Positions 1 to 14,484 of a DNA stretch of 64,000 nt are shown here, piece by piece. Positions within the stretch are counted from its first letter, which is position 1. Every line of letters starts with the position of its first letter. Origin of the DNA: Eimeria praecox (lineage: Eukaryota). The notes beneath the pieces are model-generated. The model was not told the origin of the DNA, did not search any database, and worked only from the letters and a program-made list of their open reading frames with translations. The stretch covers positions 5,270,001 through 5,334,000 of the forward strand of contig OY986946.1 in assembly GCA_963920595.1 (NCBI GenBank), in the 5' to 3' direction. The translations under genes and the position numbers were made by a program.

Positions 1-7
1 GTAGGCC

Positions 8-172
8 AAACCCTAAACCCTAAACCCTAAACCCTAATACTGCGAAGCAGCGAAGCAAGGCGTCGTGAAACTACCGGCAGCTTCAGCCACAACGTGTCTC
101 CGTACCAATGTACCCAGGCATGAAGGTTTAGGGTTTAGATGCTTAGGGTTTAGGGTTTAGGGTCTAGGGTCT
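8..172. repeat. Interstitial telomere-like tracts, (AAACCCT)n then (TTTAGGG)n, in an RtcB intron
   Basis: Read directly: ccctaaa repeats at ~8-36 and tttaggg repeats at ~125-170. Confidence 0.9.
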
Positions 173-494
173 ACGACAAGGATGTGTTTTTGTACTGGAT
201 GGGGGTGCCTCTATGTATGCTCTCTCTTATCTGTGTCTATATCTATAAATATATCTATATCTATATCTGTACATGCATATAATATATATATATATATATG
301 CATGTACAGAGAGAGAGAGAGAGAGAGAGACGATAGATTCATACTTGTTAGCGCATACTTAGCATCTGCACCCCTATTCGTAGAACAACACTTGCATATA
401 TAAACACATATATATATATATATATATATATATCTGCATGTATTTGTAAAGATGTGTATATGCATATGTTATACTATGTTTTATTTGCATGCAG

Positions 495-1801
<1,307 letters not shown>

Positions 1802-3997
1802 ACCAATACACTAAAACGCATGCAGCCCCATTCTCTCAACACCCTTTCTATCCGCAACTCTGCTGAGACTGTGAGCCCCCATCTCATCCGCCTCTCCACT
1901 GTTCTGTTGTTGGTAGAAATCTGTACAACTCGAAGACTGTCATAGCAGCAACGCCCCCAGGCACTCTTACCGGCAATTTAACAAGCACAAGATACTGAAG
2001 GGAGGCTCCAGATACCACAGTGTGGGGCTCCAGCATTACACGGGGCCGTATATGCTGTAATACCCGCCCATGGATACAGTAGAGACCCCAATTCATCATC
2101 ATAAGACCGGCCATACAAGTGAGCGCCAACGAAAGGGGCCCCTGTCCTCTATGTGGATGGATACACCGTATTCATTGGGGGGCCACTATTTTCTTGGGGG
2201 GCCCACGAGGGGCCTCGGAAATTCTGAAGGATGTCTTGAGGCATCGTGGGGCCTCTGTATTCGACACCCCCCCCCCTCCCCCCCCCCCCCCCCCCCCTCA
2301 ATGTGGGGTGTCTGCGGCTCAGACTCTATGTCGAAGCCGGTGTGATAGCTTATACAGGGCTGCCGCTGTTGCTTTGTTTGGAGTTAGTGGACCCTTGTGC
2401 AGATGCATCTGCTGGAAGGTCTCCGTATGGAGCATCTGTTTGAACCAGTTGTCTGATCTGCTGCAGCGGCAGTAGACACAGAGACGGGTCTTCGGGTCTT
2501 CCTCCCATTAGGTCTCCTCAGCAGGAGTAGAGGCGACGGGGTATGAGGGAGGGCCCTCTGTCCCTCTGTTGCTGCAGCTGCAGCAGCTGCAGCAGCTGCT
2601 GCTGTTGTACCTTCAGATGATCTTGCTGGTGCATGCCGCCCTGTCTTAGCGGTGTGGGGCTGAGCTTAGGGTGGCTAGTTGGTGAGAGTCGAGCGTATAG
2701 CAATACATGGCGGCATCCATACGTGCACCATTAATACAGCTGCCTTCCGGGCACTTGCACCAGCTGGAGTGGAGGCTGCAGCTGCTGTCGCACCAGGGGA
2801 AGTGCATGGCTACCCTCCTCGCCAGCCCGCTGTGCGTGATGCAGCTCGAGACTCGCGAGGCCTTCAGCTGTTTTTAGAACCCTCGTCTCAGTTATTTTCT
2901 TTTAGTTTGATTCACTTGCTGGTCCCGTACTTAGTTTAATTCATCTGCTGCTCCTGTCTCTCTGCGACTGTCTCAGCCCTTGAACTGTCACTACAGGGTG
3001 GCTGCAAGACAGGCGGGCCGAGCCTGTGGCGTGGTCTGTTTAGGATTTGGATATGCTTTTCTATTTATATGCAGGCTGTCTACTGAGGACTAAGTAAGCT
3101 TGCAACAGCTTTCTACAGTGCTACTGCATGCAGTTGAAGGGGCTTGGTTGTGTTTGAGTGCGGCGTGTCCTGGCCCCACGACGAGGTGTGGTAAGCTGGG
3201 TTGCAAATGAAGACAGGCTGTATCCTCTCCTCATCAGCCCCAGGCATTTCGGCCGTTGTGTCCAGGACGCCGGGACGCTGAATAGGAAGCCACCGGATTC
3301 AAATGAACATTCTTCCTAAGTAGTCTGAACTCAGCTGCAGTTGAGCTCGCTCTCTGAAACAAACAGTGGGATCTTGTTACACTTGATAGCAGCGCATGTT
3401 GCAGTGGGGCTGGTAACAGCCGGGAAAGCCAACAGCACAGCTAGGCGCCCTTGCCCATAACCCTAATTAACAACGCAGGTTCTGCAAGAAAAGACCAAGA
3501 CATGTAGTTATAGTTATTCTTCCTAAAATACTTTTCAAAAGCCTCAGGCCTTCTCTCCTATTGCATAATCGATAGATCAAGATGTGCCCTGATGTGGGGA
3601 ACCGGCCAACTGCTGGAAGTACCACCGTATTGAATCAAACGCAGTGTCTTCATCCGGCCCACCGGAAATCGCTGTACAGCCTAAACAACTTATCAATATT
3701 GCTTGCGAGTTTTCCGACCTTCCAGATATAACAGGCTCAGCGAAGCAGGTGCACTGGAGGTGCTCCTTGCCTCCTTGGTGTACATTCGCCTTCACAATGC
3801 GTCCAAAGAACTACAATTGTTATTGGTGTCTTCTTTATTAGAAGGGGAGTCACCCCTATGTTGGTTACGTCTAAGCAAGGGCACCACGTTTGGGGAGTGC
3901 ATGCGGAATACAAGAGGCTCTCAAGGTGCGCTGCAGCGCTGCGGTATAAGCTTAGTCCCAGGTCTGCAAGCAAAATGGCCATGCTAAAACAGAGCAA

Positions 3998-4099
3998 AGC
4001 TAAACAAAGGGTCTGTTAGACTGATAGTTGTGGATGGAGCTATGTTTTGATACATAGCTCCATCCACAACTATCAGTCTAACAGACCCTTTGTTTAGCT
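3998..4099. repeat. Perfect inverted repeat: 48-bp arms (3998-4045, 4052-4099) with a 6-nt loop
   Basis: agctaaacaaagggtctgttagactgatagttgtggatggagctatgt, loop tttgat, then the exact reverse complement. Confidence 0.95.
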
Positions 4100-4149
4100 C
4101 GGAACTTCTATATCAGTGGCTCATTACACGGCTATGCCCAGAAGAGGGC

Positions 4150-6540
4150 CACTCAGTAAACCGGATGGGCCGCGGAGACAGAAGTAGGGGTTGAATGGAT
4201 GTAACTGGCCCGGATGGTGGAGTACTTACATATCAAAAAGATGAGAAACGCCACATCATCAGCCCTAGCTGAGAAAGAAGAATGAGGATTTGGAATCTTT
4301 TCAGATGCCGAGCAGGTGGACATTGGGGCTGTGGAGGCGAGACCATCCCAGGAGAGGAGAGAAAACGGCAACCAGCAGCAGCCAACGAATTTACCTTTCC
4401 GGAAACAGGGAGGACGTATCGAGCCACGCACCTGCTTTTTCTGCAAATATTCAAGCCAAATAACTCGAGATTGCACAAGCATGGAAAACATTACGAAACT
4501 GAAGGAGCAGGACTTAGAGCAGCGCAGCCAGAGCATCAAAAAAGTGCCCCAAGAAACTGCCGGGCCCCCACGCAACGTGCGACGCGGTGATGGGGCCAAA
4601 AGAGATGACGGCCGCACTAGTATATCCTCCTGTCGTTAACTCAGTACATAGCCAAGTTCGTATTAATCGCCAAGAGTTGGTGGCGGTACCTGATACATGC
4701 TGTGAATTGAGCCTGGCAACTGTAGCTACGAGGAGATGCAACGTACATCTTCATTCGGTGGTGTAGGCTGTGCAAGTCCGTTTTGCGCAGGGCAGAGAGG
4801 ACGGGAGGATCGCTACGCCTGTGAGCATTAAATGCAAGCCGTATTCAGAAGTGGGTCATTTTACAAATGAGCTGGGAATTCTATTTTGGGCTAGTAGCAA
4901 TATATAAGCCTAGCCATGCTGTGGGTAAGTCAGTGGAGGAAGAGCATATGGTATGTGGACGATACTATCAAGGAATATATGCCCGAAAGCGGCAAGAGCA
5001 CCTCCAACCTCTCCGCTCCCAACAGCCTTTGGATAGTCTACAGTACGAGGGGTGGAATCAGTCTCCTAAGAAGAAAGGGAAAAGGGGGCTCGTATGCAAT
5101 GCAGAGGCCCTGGAGGAGAAGATGGAGAGATGCATGCATTCCGTGTCGATGGTCCCATGAGGGCAGCCGTTTAGGCTATTCGGTCCATTTAGCATTCGAG
5201 GAACACCCGGCATCGAAAACACTGGAGGAAGAGTGCCCAACGTAGTTCAAAGGAGCTTCCACCGGGCTACTGGACGCTCAATGTATCGCATCAAGCCCAT
5301 TTCCAGAGCACATTTGAAACTGTGCCCCAATGTATTGGCAACTGCCATATCTTGAATAGGAGATCTACAGGCAAGTGGAAGGACTGCTAAAGAAGTCAAG
5401 GCCCAGGAGTCCGCTAGAGTGTTTGGCCTTAATCCGGTGTTGAGGAACAAACAGGCCGAGAGCTAGCTCATGTGTGCGGATTGCAAGCACCTCAAAAACG
5501 TCACAATGAACCAGATATTTCCCTTGTCCCAGGTATACTACGTACTCGACCGCCTGCGGGGTTTAATAGTTAGTTTGTCAATCGACTTCACTGGCATGCT
5601 TCTGCAGATTCCAATGCATCCCCACGGTAGTCGCAAAACGGCATTCCATATCCGCCCGCTCAAAGTATAGTACACCTGCGTGCCATTTGGGGTCGTAAAT
5701 GCACCTGCTGAACTGCATCAGCAGGTCATTCCTGACTTCCTCTGGTCTGTCAACCAGTGAGTGTTGGCAATATATATGGATAATGTGTGTAATGCATGGC
5801 CACTGGAGTGGGTCTTCCATTTGGCCTCCAGCGGCCTCTGCAGTGAATGAGCACGATATAACATATACGGATGTGTATTTTATAGCTTCAGCTCTAAATC
5901 AGGGCATGCAGGCGAAATAAAGCCAACCTGCTAAGGATGCGCAGCAGCCTATCAGCGCCTTGGGGGATGACTATGTTGTGCAAAGCCCAGGCACTGACTC
6001 CCCGAAGGGGGTCGGTGTGGGGGCAGTTATACCTGGGATAGTTTAAGGAACAGAAGGAACAGAAGGGCTCACAAGATATGTTTTGTGGTTTAACTATATT
6101 ATGTTAGAGTCTCTTGTCACCATGCATAGTAATGCTTCAAGCTGATGGCTTACAGGCTCACAGTGGCAGCAGTGAGTATGCTAGCGCACTACAATGTGTT
6201 TAAGGCGCAGTGTGAAGGAGCATTTTCAGTAATCTGTGGCGTGTTTAGCAACTCTGTGCGAGCCCCAGTGGTTCGGGAAAGCACAGAAGTATTCGCTTTT
6301 CATGCAATCAAATAGTTTCTTGAGGTTTCGCGTCTCTGCAGCGGGAGGCCATCCAGATGTCCGGAAGATGAGAATGCTTTAGAAGGGGCTGAAAGCCCTA
6401 TTTACATGCAGAAGTTCCTCGGACCCTCATCGCACTAGCGCAACTTCATCCCTGGGTTCGCTTGCACTGCGGCAATTCTAGTTGGTCTGACAAGCACGAG
6501 AAAGCCAGGCAAGGAACTATGATAAACGGCATTCAGCTCT
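4150..6540 (+). mobile_element. Decayed Ty3/Gypsy LTR retrotransposon: gag zinc knuckle, protease remnant, reverse transcriptase
   Basis: Knuckle remnant RTCFFCKYSSQITRDC (~4427-4480); protease-like INRQELVAVPDTCCELS (~4662-4712); RT motifs MCADCKHLKNVTMNQIFPLSQVYYVLDRL, SIDFTGMLLQIPMHP..SRKTAF, VPFGVVNAPAELHQQ and IYMDN (YxDD remnant) at 5470-5785; thumb MQKFLGPSSH*RNFIPGFA at ~6405-6465. Many stops and frameshifts. Confidence 0.85.
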
Positions 6541-6545
6541 AATTT

Positions 6546-7985
6546 TCAACCCAGAAGGCTCGGTTCTAACTGACAGGTAAGGCGTCCAAAGCGCACTGGA
6601 GAATGATAAACCGAAGATTTTCGCCACGCGGTGGATACAGACTTTGCACCCATTAGGTCTTGAAAGAAACTCGTAGGAGCCGTCCCGGCGAAGCTGCGGG
6701 AAGCTGCTAGTATAGGGTAGGCCTCTTCAGCTGAAGGGCCTGCAGCTGCAAGAAGGTCAGGCTTCGAAACATCAACCTGATCTGCCCTACGACCCTTGGG
6801 AACCCAAGGGGGAGTCGGCGGAGAGGAGCGCGTCCCAGCATGCTGGACATTCACAGCTTTCGGAGAGGAAGAGCAGTGAGGAAGGCGCCGCATATGCCTA
6901 TGGTAACGTCCGCCAATTGACTTTGCCTTCCTTCTTGGTACACTTAGGTGGGGTCCTGTGGCGTTCTCTCGAGGGAGCTTGGGGAGAAAACAGCTGTCTC
7001 CACGAAGAGAAACTGGACGCCGGCTGTAGGACTACCGGAGCGTCAACGATCATCTCCGCCCAGAAAGCGAATTGATCGTTCGCAGAGTTGGCCGCATTAA
7101 TTACTTCTCTGCATTGTCTGGAAGTGACCTCCCTCAGTTTAGAGACAATCGCATACGCTATAGTTAGGGGACGAGTCGCTTCTGGGTTCTTGATGATAGA
7201 GATACTGAAACAGGCTCAGATCACATCAGACAGATTGAGGACAGACTTACGTTTTATTAGATGGGAAACGGCTTGGATCCGCTCTTCTTCAGAGGAAGGG
7301 AATTTTCCCTCTGGCCGCCCAACATCGACAAGTTGCAGCCCCTGCCTAAACTTGGTGGCTATAACCCCCGCGTTAGCCAGAGAAGAAAGTGTCGAGGGAG
7401 GAGTAAGAGCAATATGGGCGGCTTGAAGATGGGCTGCCGCTTTTTGTGACACGTGATGATTGAGGATATTAAGGAAGTACATCGTGGAAGCAGAATGAGG
7501 TTGAAGCAGGCCGGGAGGCAGCGGGAGGGGGTTCAAGTAAACCAACCTCTCGTCAAACTAGACCTCTAGAGGTCCGACTTGGGCTAAATTGTAGTGCTTG
7601 CGCATTATAACTTCCCCCCTTCCGGGGCTGAAAGCGCCAGCCTGTACTATTCTTTAATAGTTCATTGGTATAAGGTTCTTCCACTGCGGTGGACGGAGAG
7701 GGTTATCTCCATTTCCGCCTAGTTGGCCTTTCTACAGGTGGGAGACTCCTAACCGTACAAGTGTTAGGCCTCAGCTTGTATCCAGCGGATGTGGCTCGCC
7801 TACTCTCCGTAAATCATTCCTTGACATGGACCTCTTCTCCGTGTCACGGCTGCCCCGGATCACTCCCAGGGGTGTGTTCGTCTCTGCTCTGCTATGCTCT
7901 GCTTCGCAGGGCTGTGCTGTCTCTTGCTTGCAGCAACTTCCATACGAACAGGCTTTGTTCATTTCCGGTTAGCGCGTTTGTCTGA
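6546..7985 (-). mobile_element. Probable nested retroelement fragment in opposite orientation (LTR end plus gag-like ORF remnants)
   Basis: Interrupts the + strand pol between the RT thumb and the integrase tail. Has non-repetitive minus-strand ORF pieces (7545-7216, 6893-6546) and an LTR-type terminus TGTCACGG at ~7842 (CCGTGACA on minus). No diagnostic protein motif recognised. Confidence 0.4.
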
Positions 7986-8275
7986 GTAGTGGAATTGACC
8001 TCAACGTGGAGATGCCACCATACTATCAATATGGGTTTCCTCAATGCTTCAGGGAATCACCGAAATTTCCCCGAACTCTCATCATAAAAACGCAGCAATA
8101 TCACTGCGAGAAGGAGCAACTGGAGGAGACTGAGATCCTGGACACACGTGTGTTGGCCTGCGGCGGCCAAAACAAACGTGACGTTTAACGTAAATGGTTC
8201 GGAGGCCGAAACCCCTGTGGGTTTCTGAGGATCGCTTGTGTGGAGCAATTCTTCAAGACAGTCTTGACGACCTAT
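7985..8275 (+). pseudogene. Integrase C-terminal module plus chromodomain remnant (chromovirus type)
   Basis: VVELTSTWRCHHTINMGFL resembles the Gypsy integrase tail (ELPxxxxxHxxFHVSLL). Across frameshifts, ETEILDTR...KW.G...LWVSEDRL..AILQD follows the chromodomain pattern E.IL..R...KW.G.....W..E..L. Confidence 0.6.
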
Positions 8276-9599
8276 CCATTCAGCAGCAGCAGCTGCAGGT
8301 GCGGACACTTTCAGCGCTTTGGAAATGCGTCTGTTGCAGAGTAGAGTGCGAAAGTATGCTCATATGCGGCCAAAGAGATACCTTCTTCTCCATTTTTGCC
8401 TTTTGCTCTACTACACTCCCTCTACATCTAATTCGTATCCCGATGACACCGCAGCCTCCACTTCTTGTTTTGAGGCAGGGCTCTACCCTGTGGGGCTTGA
8501 GAGCCATCCCCATACCGCCATAAAACTGTAGAGGGTATGGGGATCTCCGAAAGATGACGGCACTCTGTGCGGATCGGGATTTGCTGCAGGGCGTACGGCT
8601 GCAGCAGTTAGATAACAGCAGGAGCGGGCGCAGCACCAGCTGTGCAGTCCCAGCAGCTGCAAGAGTGGCGTTTCTATCGACCGCAGACTTAGCGATAGTA
8701 ACTGTTCTCTACATTGCTGAGGTTTCTTCTTGCTCCCCAGCCAGTGGGCTAAGTAGCTTGAGCGGTAGCAGCAGCTACAGCAGCCTTTCCATCGAAGAGG
8801 ATTACCGCAAAGGGTTCAAGATAAAGCTCCCCACTATCCAACGGAGGCAGCAACGGGCAAGTTCAATACTGATGCTCAAGCTGCCTAGGGGGCCCTCAGG
8901 ATGTAGTGAAAGCAAAGTAGACACACACAGCACCGATGCAAGCATGAGAAATGCGCCGGCGTTGTGGATTGTGCTAAGGCATCTTGCCTACAGCATATTT
9001 TGCCTTACATTATTAGGACTTCCATCACGGAGAAGATGCATTCTCGTGGCAAGCCCCGAAAGTTGAGAGATTGGGCTTAACCATTATGGAGCCCCCTATT
9101 AGTTCGGTGCTAATAGGGGTAAATGAACACTCTGCAGGAACGGCCAGGCCAATCTATGTTGGAAGTTTTTACTCAGACCGCACGAAAGATATTGATGAAC
9201 TGATCTCAACGTTAGAAGGAGATAAACACTCGCTGTGCCTCCCTGCAGTCTTGAGATACAGAGGCGAGACGGGTAGCGTTAGTTAGTGCATCTCGCTCCC
9301 GAGACGCGTTCGCGCTCCAGCAAATGTCTCAGCTAGAGCGACGTTCGTCGCTGCGCTCCACAGTCACGCTCGCACCTGTGTGTGCGCACCTCAGCGCCAC
9401 AGAGGCTGCCGCTCCCTAACTCGCCCCCGAAGTCAGTGGCAAGTTCTTCCGGTGGGAATCGAACGCGGACTCAAATAAGCACACGTGAATACGAGCCGGC
9501 AGGACTCGAACCCGCTACCTGGTGCCTGAAAGTTTCAGTTATAAGCAGCTAGGGTGAAATAGAGGAGAGAGTGTTGTTAGGGAATCCCTAGTACATAGG

Positions 9600-12500
9600 C
9601 ACTACTGAAGTCTGTAGTACATTTACGAGGGCAAATCTCTTGCGAAGAAAAGCGGTAACAGCTATTGAGATCGTCTAAGAACATTGCATGAACGGATGTT
9701 GGTCTGTCTAAACAAGCTGCAAAAAAGTGGGGAACTCAGATTTCATGAAAGAGGTCGGTGTGGCATGCTATCATTTTGTGCTTGTTCGAGTCGTTGGCCT
9801 GCCAAGAAAACATCATCCCATCTGCTGTGTCGATTGCATCGGTTGTTAGAGAAGTTCGTCGAAATCAACGAATGCAAGTACAATATACGATGTCAGGTGT
9901 CTGATGAGGCTTCCTGCACCTTCTTCTTTAGCCATTCTTAGAATAGATTGTCTGCGATTCTCGAGTAGATATGCCAGAGAAGCAGCCATGCGAGTGAATA
10001 CAGAATGAACCTACGGCGGGACCATGCGAGATCGAAAAATTTGTGGAGGCCCGTGTGAGCATATTGAATTAGCGTGTACCTGGTATGGCCTCTACCTCCT
10101 TGACGCGGAAACACGCAACTCTAAGAAAATAGTAGGCTACAGGGGAACGGAACACCTTTGACTCTTTCTCACGTAGTACTTGCATTGTGCACACCGCAGC
10201 TGCAATGAACAAGGGCTCTACGCTGGCAGAACTAATTTACAAACCTGCTCGGTCAGGCGAACGCATGCCATATATATAGGCCGCACTCAACGATCTACAA
10301 TTGAAATAACTTTAGAATGTCAAATAATAGGTTCTTATTCATACTCCAGAACCTAATCCCTCCAAGTAAGAGGAAATGTCTTTTCTCAGATTCCCACACT
10401 AACCCCTCATACCCTAGTAGCCTACGCTACAACGTCACTCTCACAACCAGCAGCCCCAAATTGCGGTGTATGCAGAGCAATCTAGGTCTGAAAGCTTTAT
10501 TTCTTGCTTAATCCATTTGCGTTTGTTTCCAACAATATATCATTCGTGCTTTATCTGCCGTATAGGTCTCTGGTTGCGAAACTCGAGGACCACTGTACAA
10601 ATCCTTTTCATGTTGTCGCTCTTATCTCTAATAATAACGAGGTTCCTCGACTATTGCAGAGGATCCTCAAGAGCTGCAATACAGCAGGACACTTAAAGAA
10701 AGAGCCTACAAGAAGCAATTGACAGCCTCCCTTTTAGGCTCCTGATTCCTTGGGCACACAGGCGTAAGTGTAGTGAACAACTCTCTCCGCTAACACGAAA
10801 TATGGTCTTAGGCATATTTAAATAGGTGCAATCTAGCGATAGATACGCTGACCTGAGCTTTATCACCCTTAATATAACCTTGAAAACTCAAAAAAAGTGT
10901 CTGACTCGTATCGCAATATAATACCACTAAGAGAGGGAAAGTGAAACATGGCAATTATTGCTGCTGGCCCCTCAAACACTTCTGTGCTTTCAGAGCCACT
11001 ACGCCTCGCATAGCATTTGCAGAGGACGCCGTAGGTGCTGCAGATGCCCCTGCACATTGGAACTTAACTCAAGCACATTACCGTGCATATTACTATCATT
11101 CCCTGAGTTGGTGACCCGAGGAAGCCGTGATTGACCTGCTGCTGCAGTTTGGCGGGTGCATTTACGAGCCCAAATACCACACGGGTGTATTCTAGTTTGC
11201 TCATGCGGATATGAGTGCCGTCTTGCACCTGCTGTGGAACCTGCAGAAACGTGTCAGTGAAGTCAACTGACAAGTCATCTGCTGAACCCTACAGGCAGTC
11301 GATTAGATAGTCTACCCCAGGAAGGGGGACATCTTGTTTCATTGTGATTTTGTTGATGGGCTTATAACCAGCACGTATGAGTTGCTTAGCTTCCTTTATG
11401 CTTATGGATTCTCGAATCATATGGCTTTGCGTTTTAATAAGGAAGTAGGTATGCCAGTCGGTACGCCATCCCGGCTTTCTAGAAGCTAACTCCACTGGTT
11501 GTTGCAGGCTGCAGATTTCTGTCCTTTCCAGACTGGGCTAGCATGCACAGCCCCAATATGCATAGGCTATAAACCTAAGTCGTTATCAAGCCCGCCTTCT
11601 TCCCTTTCAGCTGTGGCTATGGAAGGTGATGTTTTCTTTCTTCTTTCATGCGAAGGTCCTCCATCGTCTCGGCGGCATCAACCATTTTATTCCCTAGTCC
11701 CCTTTCCGGGGCTCATCCGGTGACCAGCTGCCAACATCGATGGGATACGCCCGCTATGAACCAATTATATAAACGGTTCCAGCCCACCATGAGACATCTG
11801 TGTTCCAGGGGCTGACGCTTCTTGATGTAGCGGTCTATCGCCAGTACCCTTTGCCTTAGATATTGCGATTTTGCCATAGGCCGATCCTTTGCACACTTGG
11901 GGACAAATGCACTTCGCAGAGAATCTCGCAAGACTTGCATAAGCCTGATGGGCTCCGGTAGGGCGGAATTTTGCTTATGTGCAGCCATCTCCGTCGTGCT
12001 TCTCCTTCTGATGGGGATTATGCCAACATCCTTTGTAGACCTTCCGGTGTGCTGTGAAGATGAAGCCATAGGCCAACGAAACAGTGTAATTCCCTTACTC
12101 GCTCCGCATCGAGACATCTGTATCTGTATGGTCTGCAGAGACGGATGTGTTAGTGTCTTGTTCTTGATACATTTGCACTTTCCACAGAATAGGATGATAA
12201 AGGAGTGCTTGTTGCTGCTAGGAGAGGCTCTCGGCAATGGGCTGTCTCCCCAGCTGTTGGCAGACCATGATCGGTCTTCATTAACAAGAGGACAAGGCTT
12301 GGTTTTCGATGAGGATTTCTAGAAAGTGTTTAGAGTTTCTTTAACTCTTTGCTTCCCCCCCCCCCCTTTTCACTAGTTATTGCTCCACGATAAGCAGCCA
12401 TGCGGCTGGGGGGGTAGGATTTGTTAGGATTTGTTGCTCGCTTCTTCTCCCCCGGTGAGTCATATAGTATTACCAAGTGTAACGAGAGCGCTCGATCTTC
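9600..12500 (-). mobile_element. Second decayed Ty3/Gypsy element on the minus strand (gag remnant, RT, RNase H)
   Basis: RT pieces IRAGYKPINKITMKQDVPLPGVDYLIDCL (11495-11289) and SVDFTDTFLQVP...VFGLVNAPAKLQQQVNH (11273-11064) match the + strand RT. RNase H-like AVCTMQVL...SPVAYY and FRVKEVEAI at ~10200-10080; knuckle-like ILFCGKCKC at ~12190. Confidence 0.8.
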
Positions 12501-13357
12501 GCCCGGGACAATCGTGAGTGGCAACAGAGTCAAGGGCTACTAGAAAGAACTCGTAACAGACAGCTCATATCCCCTTCAGTTCCATATTAACAGCAACCCA
12601 AGGACGTGGATCTGGTAGGGACACGAGAACGCCTGTTGTTATGTTGTTATGGGTTCTATCCTGCCTTGGTGCAGCTAGTGCTGCACGGCAGCGCCACACT
12701 GTGTACGCTCAAACAACACCCCTTATCTGCATGCACTAGTGTTGTAGGTATGAGTGTAGACTGTCTCTAAACACTACCTCGATTCTCCATAGTAAGCCTC
12801 CGAGCGAAGACAACCTGCGATACTAACACCAAGAGAAAATGCTATGGCGTGGCCCCACCATCTCTAAGCCTATGGGCCTCTACCTCAGTATGCTAGGAAG
12901 TTCGATAGAAATATATTATATGATTTTGTTGGATTTCTTTCTTTAAATATTTATCTCCTTTATACCTCGAGACGATCGCCCGATAGGATCGAGGCCTCCT
13001 ACTAGAATGCTGTAGAAGATGTTCCCTCTCTCTCTCTCTGTCTCCCCCTCAAGGCCTCAAGTATAGATGAACTTATTCTATTTAGGGCCCCCACAAAAGC
13101 AACAAACAACACAGCAGCAACAATATACAACCTGCAGGGGCCCCACCGCTCCTCCCCACAGAGAAGCCTCCGAGGCCACTCGCTACTGTTTAGTGTATGT
13201 ACAGCTGGCGGCCTGTTCCGGCTATGAATGTAGAGTTTATACAATGATTTTAATTATTTTATTATATTCGAGAATATTATTTTATTATTAAAAACAGCAG
13301 ATTTAGATACCCGCCTTCAGCTTCCTAACAAGCCCCAGAGCAGCAGCACCGATCAGG

Positions 13358-13422
<65 letters not shown>

Positions 13423-13535
13423 TGCTGCTGATCTTGTAAGAAAAAGACACCAACGAAAGAGAAGGGGCCAGCAATAATAGAAGGCGCCCTCTATTAAAAT
13501 ATTAAGGTATTTTCCTTTGAATTATCTTGCTCAAC

Positions 13536-13573
<38 letters not shown>

Positions 13574-13975
13574 CCCGAGCAGGCTGTGGCGACTGAGGCA
13601 TACATAGTAGGACGCCCGCCCCTTAGCAGCAGCAGGAGCAGCAGCAGCAGCAGCAGCAGCGGCCGCCGCCGCAGCAGCAGCAGCAACAGCATCGGGTAGC
13701 CTTCGTTCAGATTTGTCTTTGCAGCAGCTGCTGCAAGGTTTGCTCTCTGCTGCTATCTCTCTTTCTGTTTAGGTGTTTATATTATATTCGGCTGCTTCCT
13801 CTGAGGCGCCTCGAGGCCTCCTACAAGGCCCTGCAGCAGCAGCAGCTGCTGCTGCTGCTGCTGCTTCACCCGGAGCAGCAGCAGCATAGCAGCAGCTGCT
13901 GCAGCAGCCCCCCTTACCACAGAGTTCTTACTTTGGTGCTACGAAGGGTTTGTACTGTGCTGCTACAGCAAATAT

Positions 13976-14006
<31 letters not shown>

Positions 14007-14056
14007 ACGGCAGCAGCTGTTGAAGAAGTGATATGGCGCCCCTGCTGCTTCCCTAC

Positions 14057-14090
<34 letters not shown>

Positions 14091-14197
14091 GGGTGAAGGT
14101 GCTACGAGTGCAGCAGCAAGAGGAAAATCAACTGCTGTTTCCTGTGCTTATTGCAGCACAGTAGCAACAGCAGCAGCAGCAGCAGCAGATGGGCCCT

Positions 14198-14229
<32 letters not shown>

Positions 14230-14484
14230 TCGCTGTGTAGTTGTCGCAGCCGCCTCAGGGCGGCTTCCTTCGCCTCCATGTGTCTCTTATCATCAGTAGG
14301 AGCAGCAACAACAACAGCAGTAAGAACAGCAACAGCAACAACAGCTGCAGCAGCAGCAGTAGCAGTAGCAGCAGCAGCAGCAGCAGCAACAGCAACAGCA
14401 GTAGCAGCAGCAGCAGCTGCTGCTGCCAACCCCCCCCTTAAACAACAACCAGTCAACACCTAAGCAGCAAGACCAACGCCCCAC

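Noticed and set aside
8..172. Chromosome end or true telomere
   Set aside because: Tracts are short, in both orientations and inside introns of conserved genes.
8554..9290. Host gene or further gag fragment
   Set aside because: Broken ORFs with no recognisable motif; may be retroelement-derived but cannot be supported.
9445..9565. tRNA gene on the minus strand
   Set aside because: Only a T-arm-like part is present; no complementary acceptor 5' strand, D-arm or anticodon arm.
2986..12660. Matched LTR pairs with target-site duplications
   Set aside because: TG-start motifs seen (~2986, 7842, 9572, 12645) but no pair of direct repeats could be confirmed by eye.
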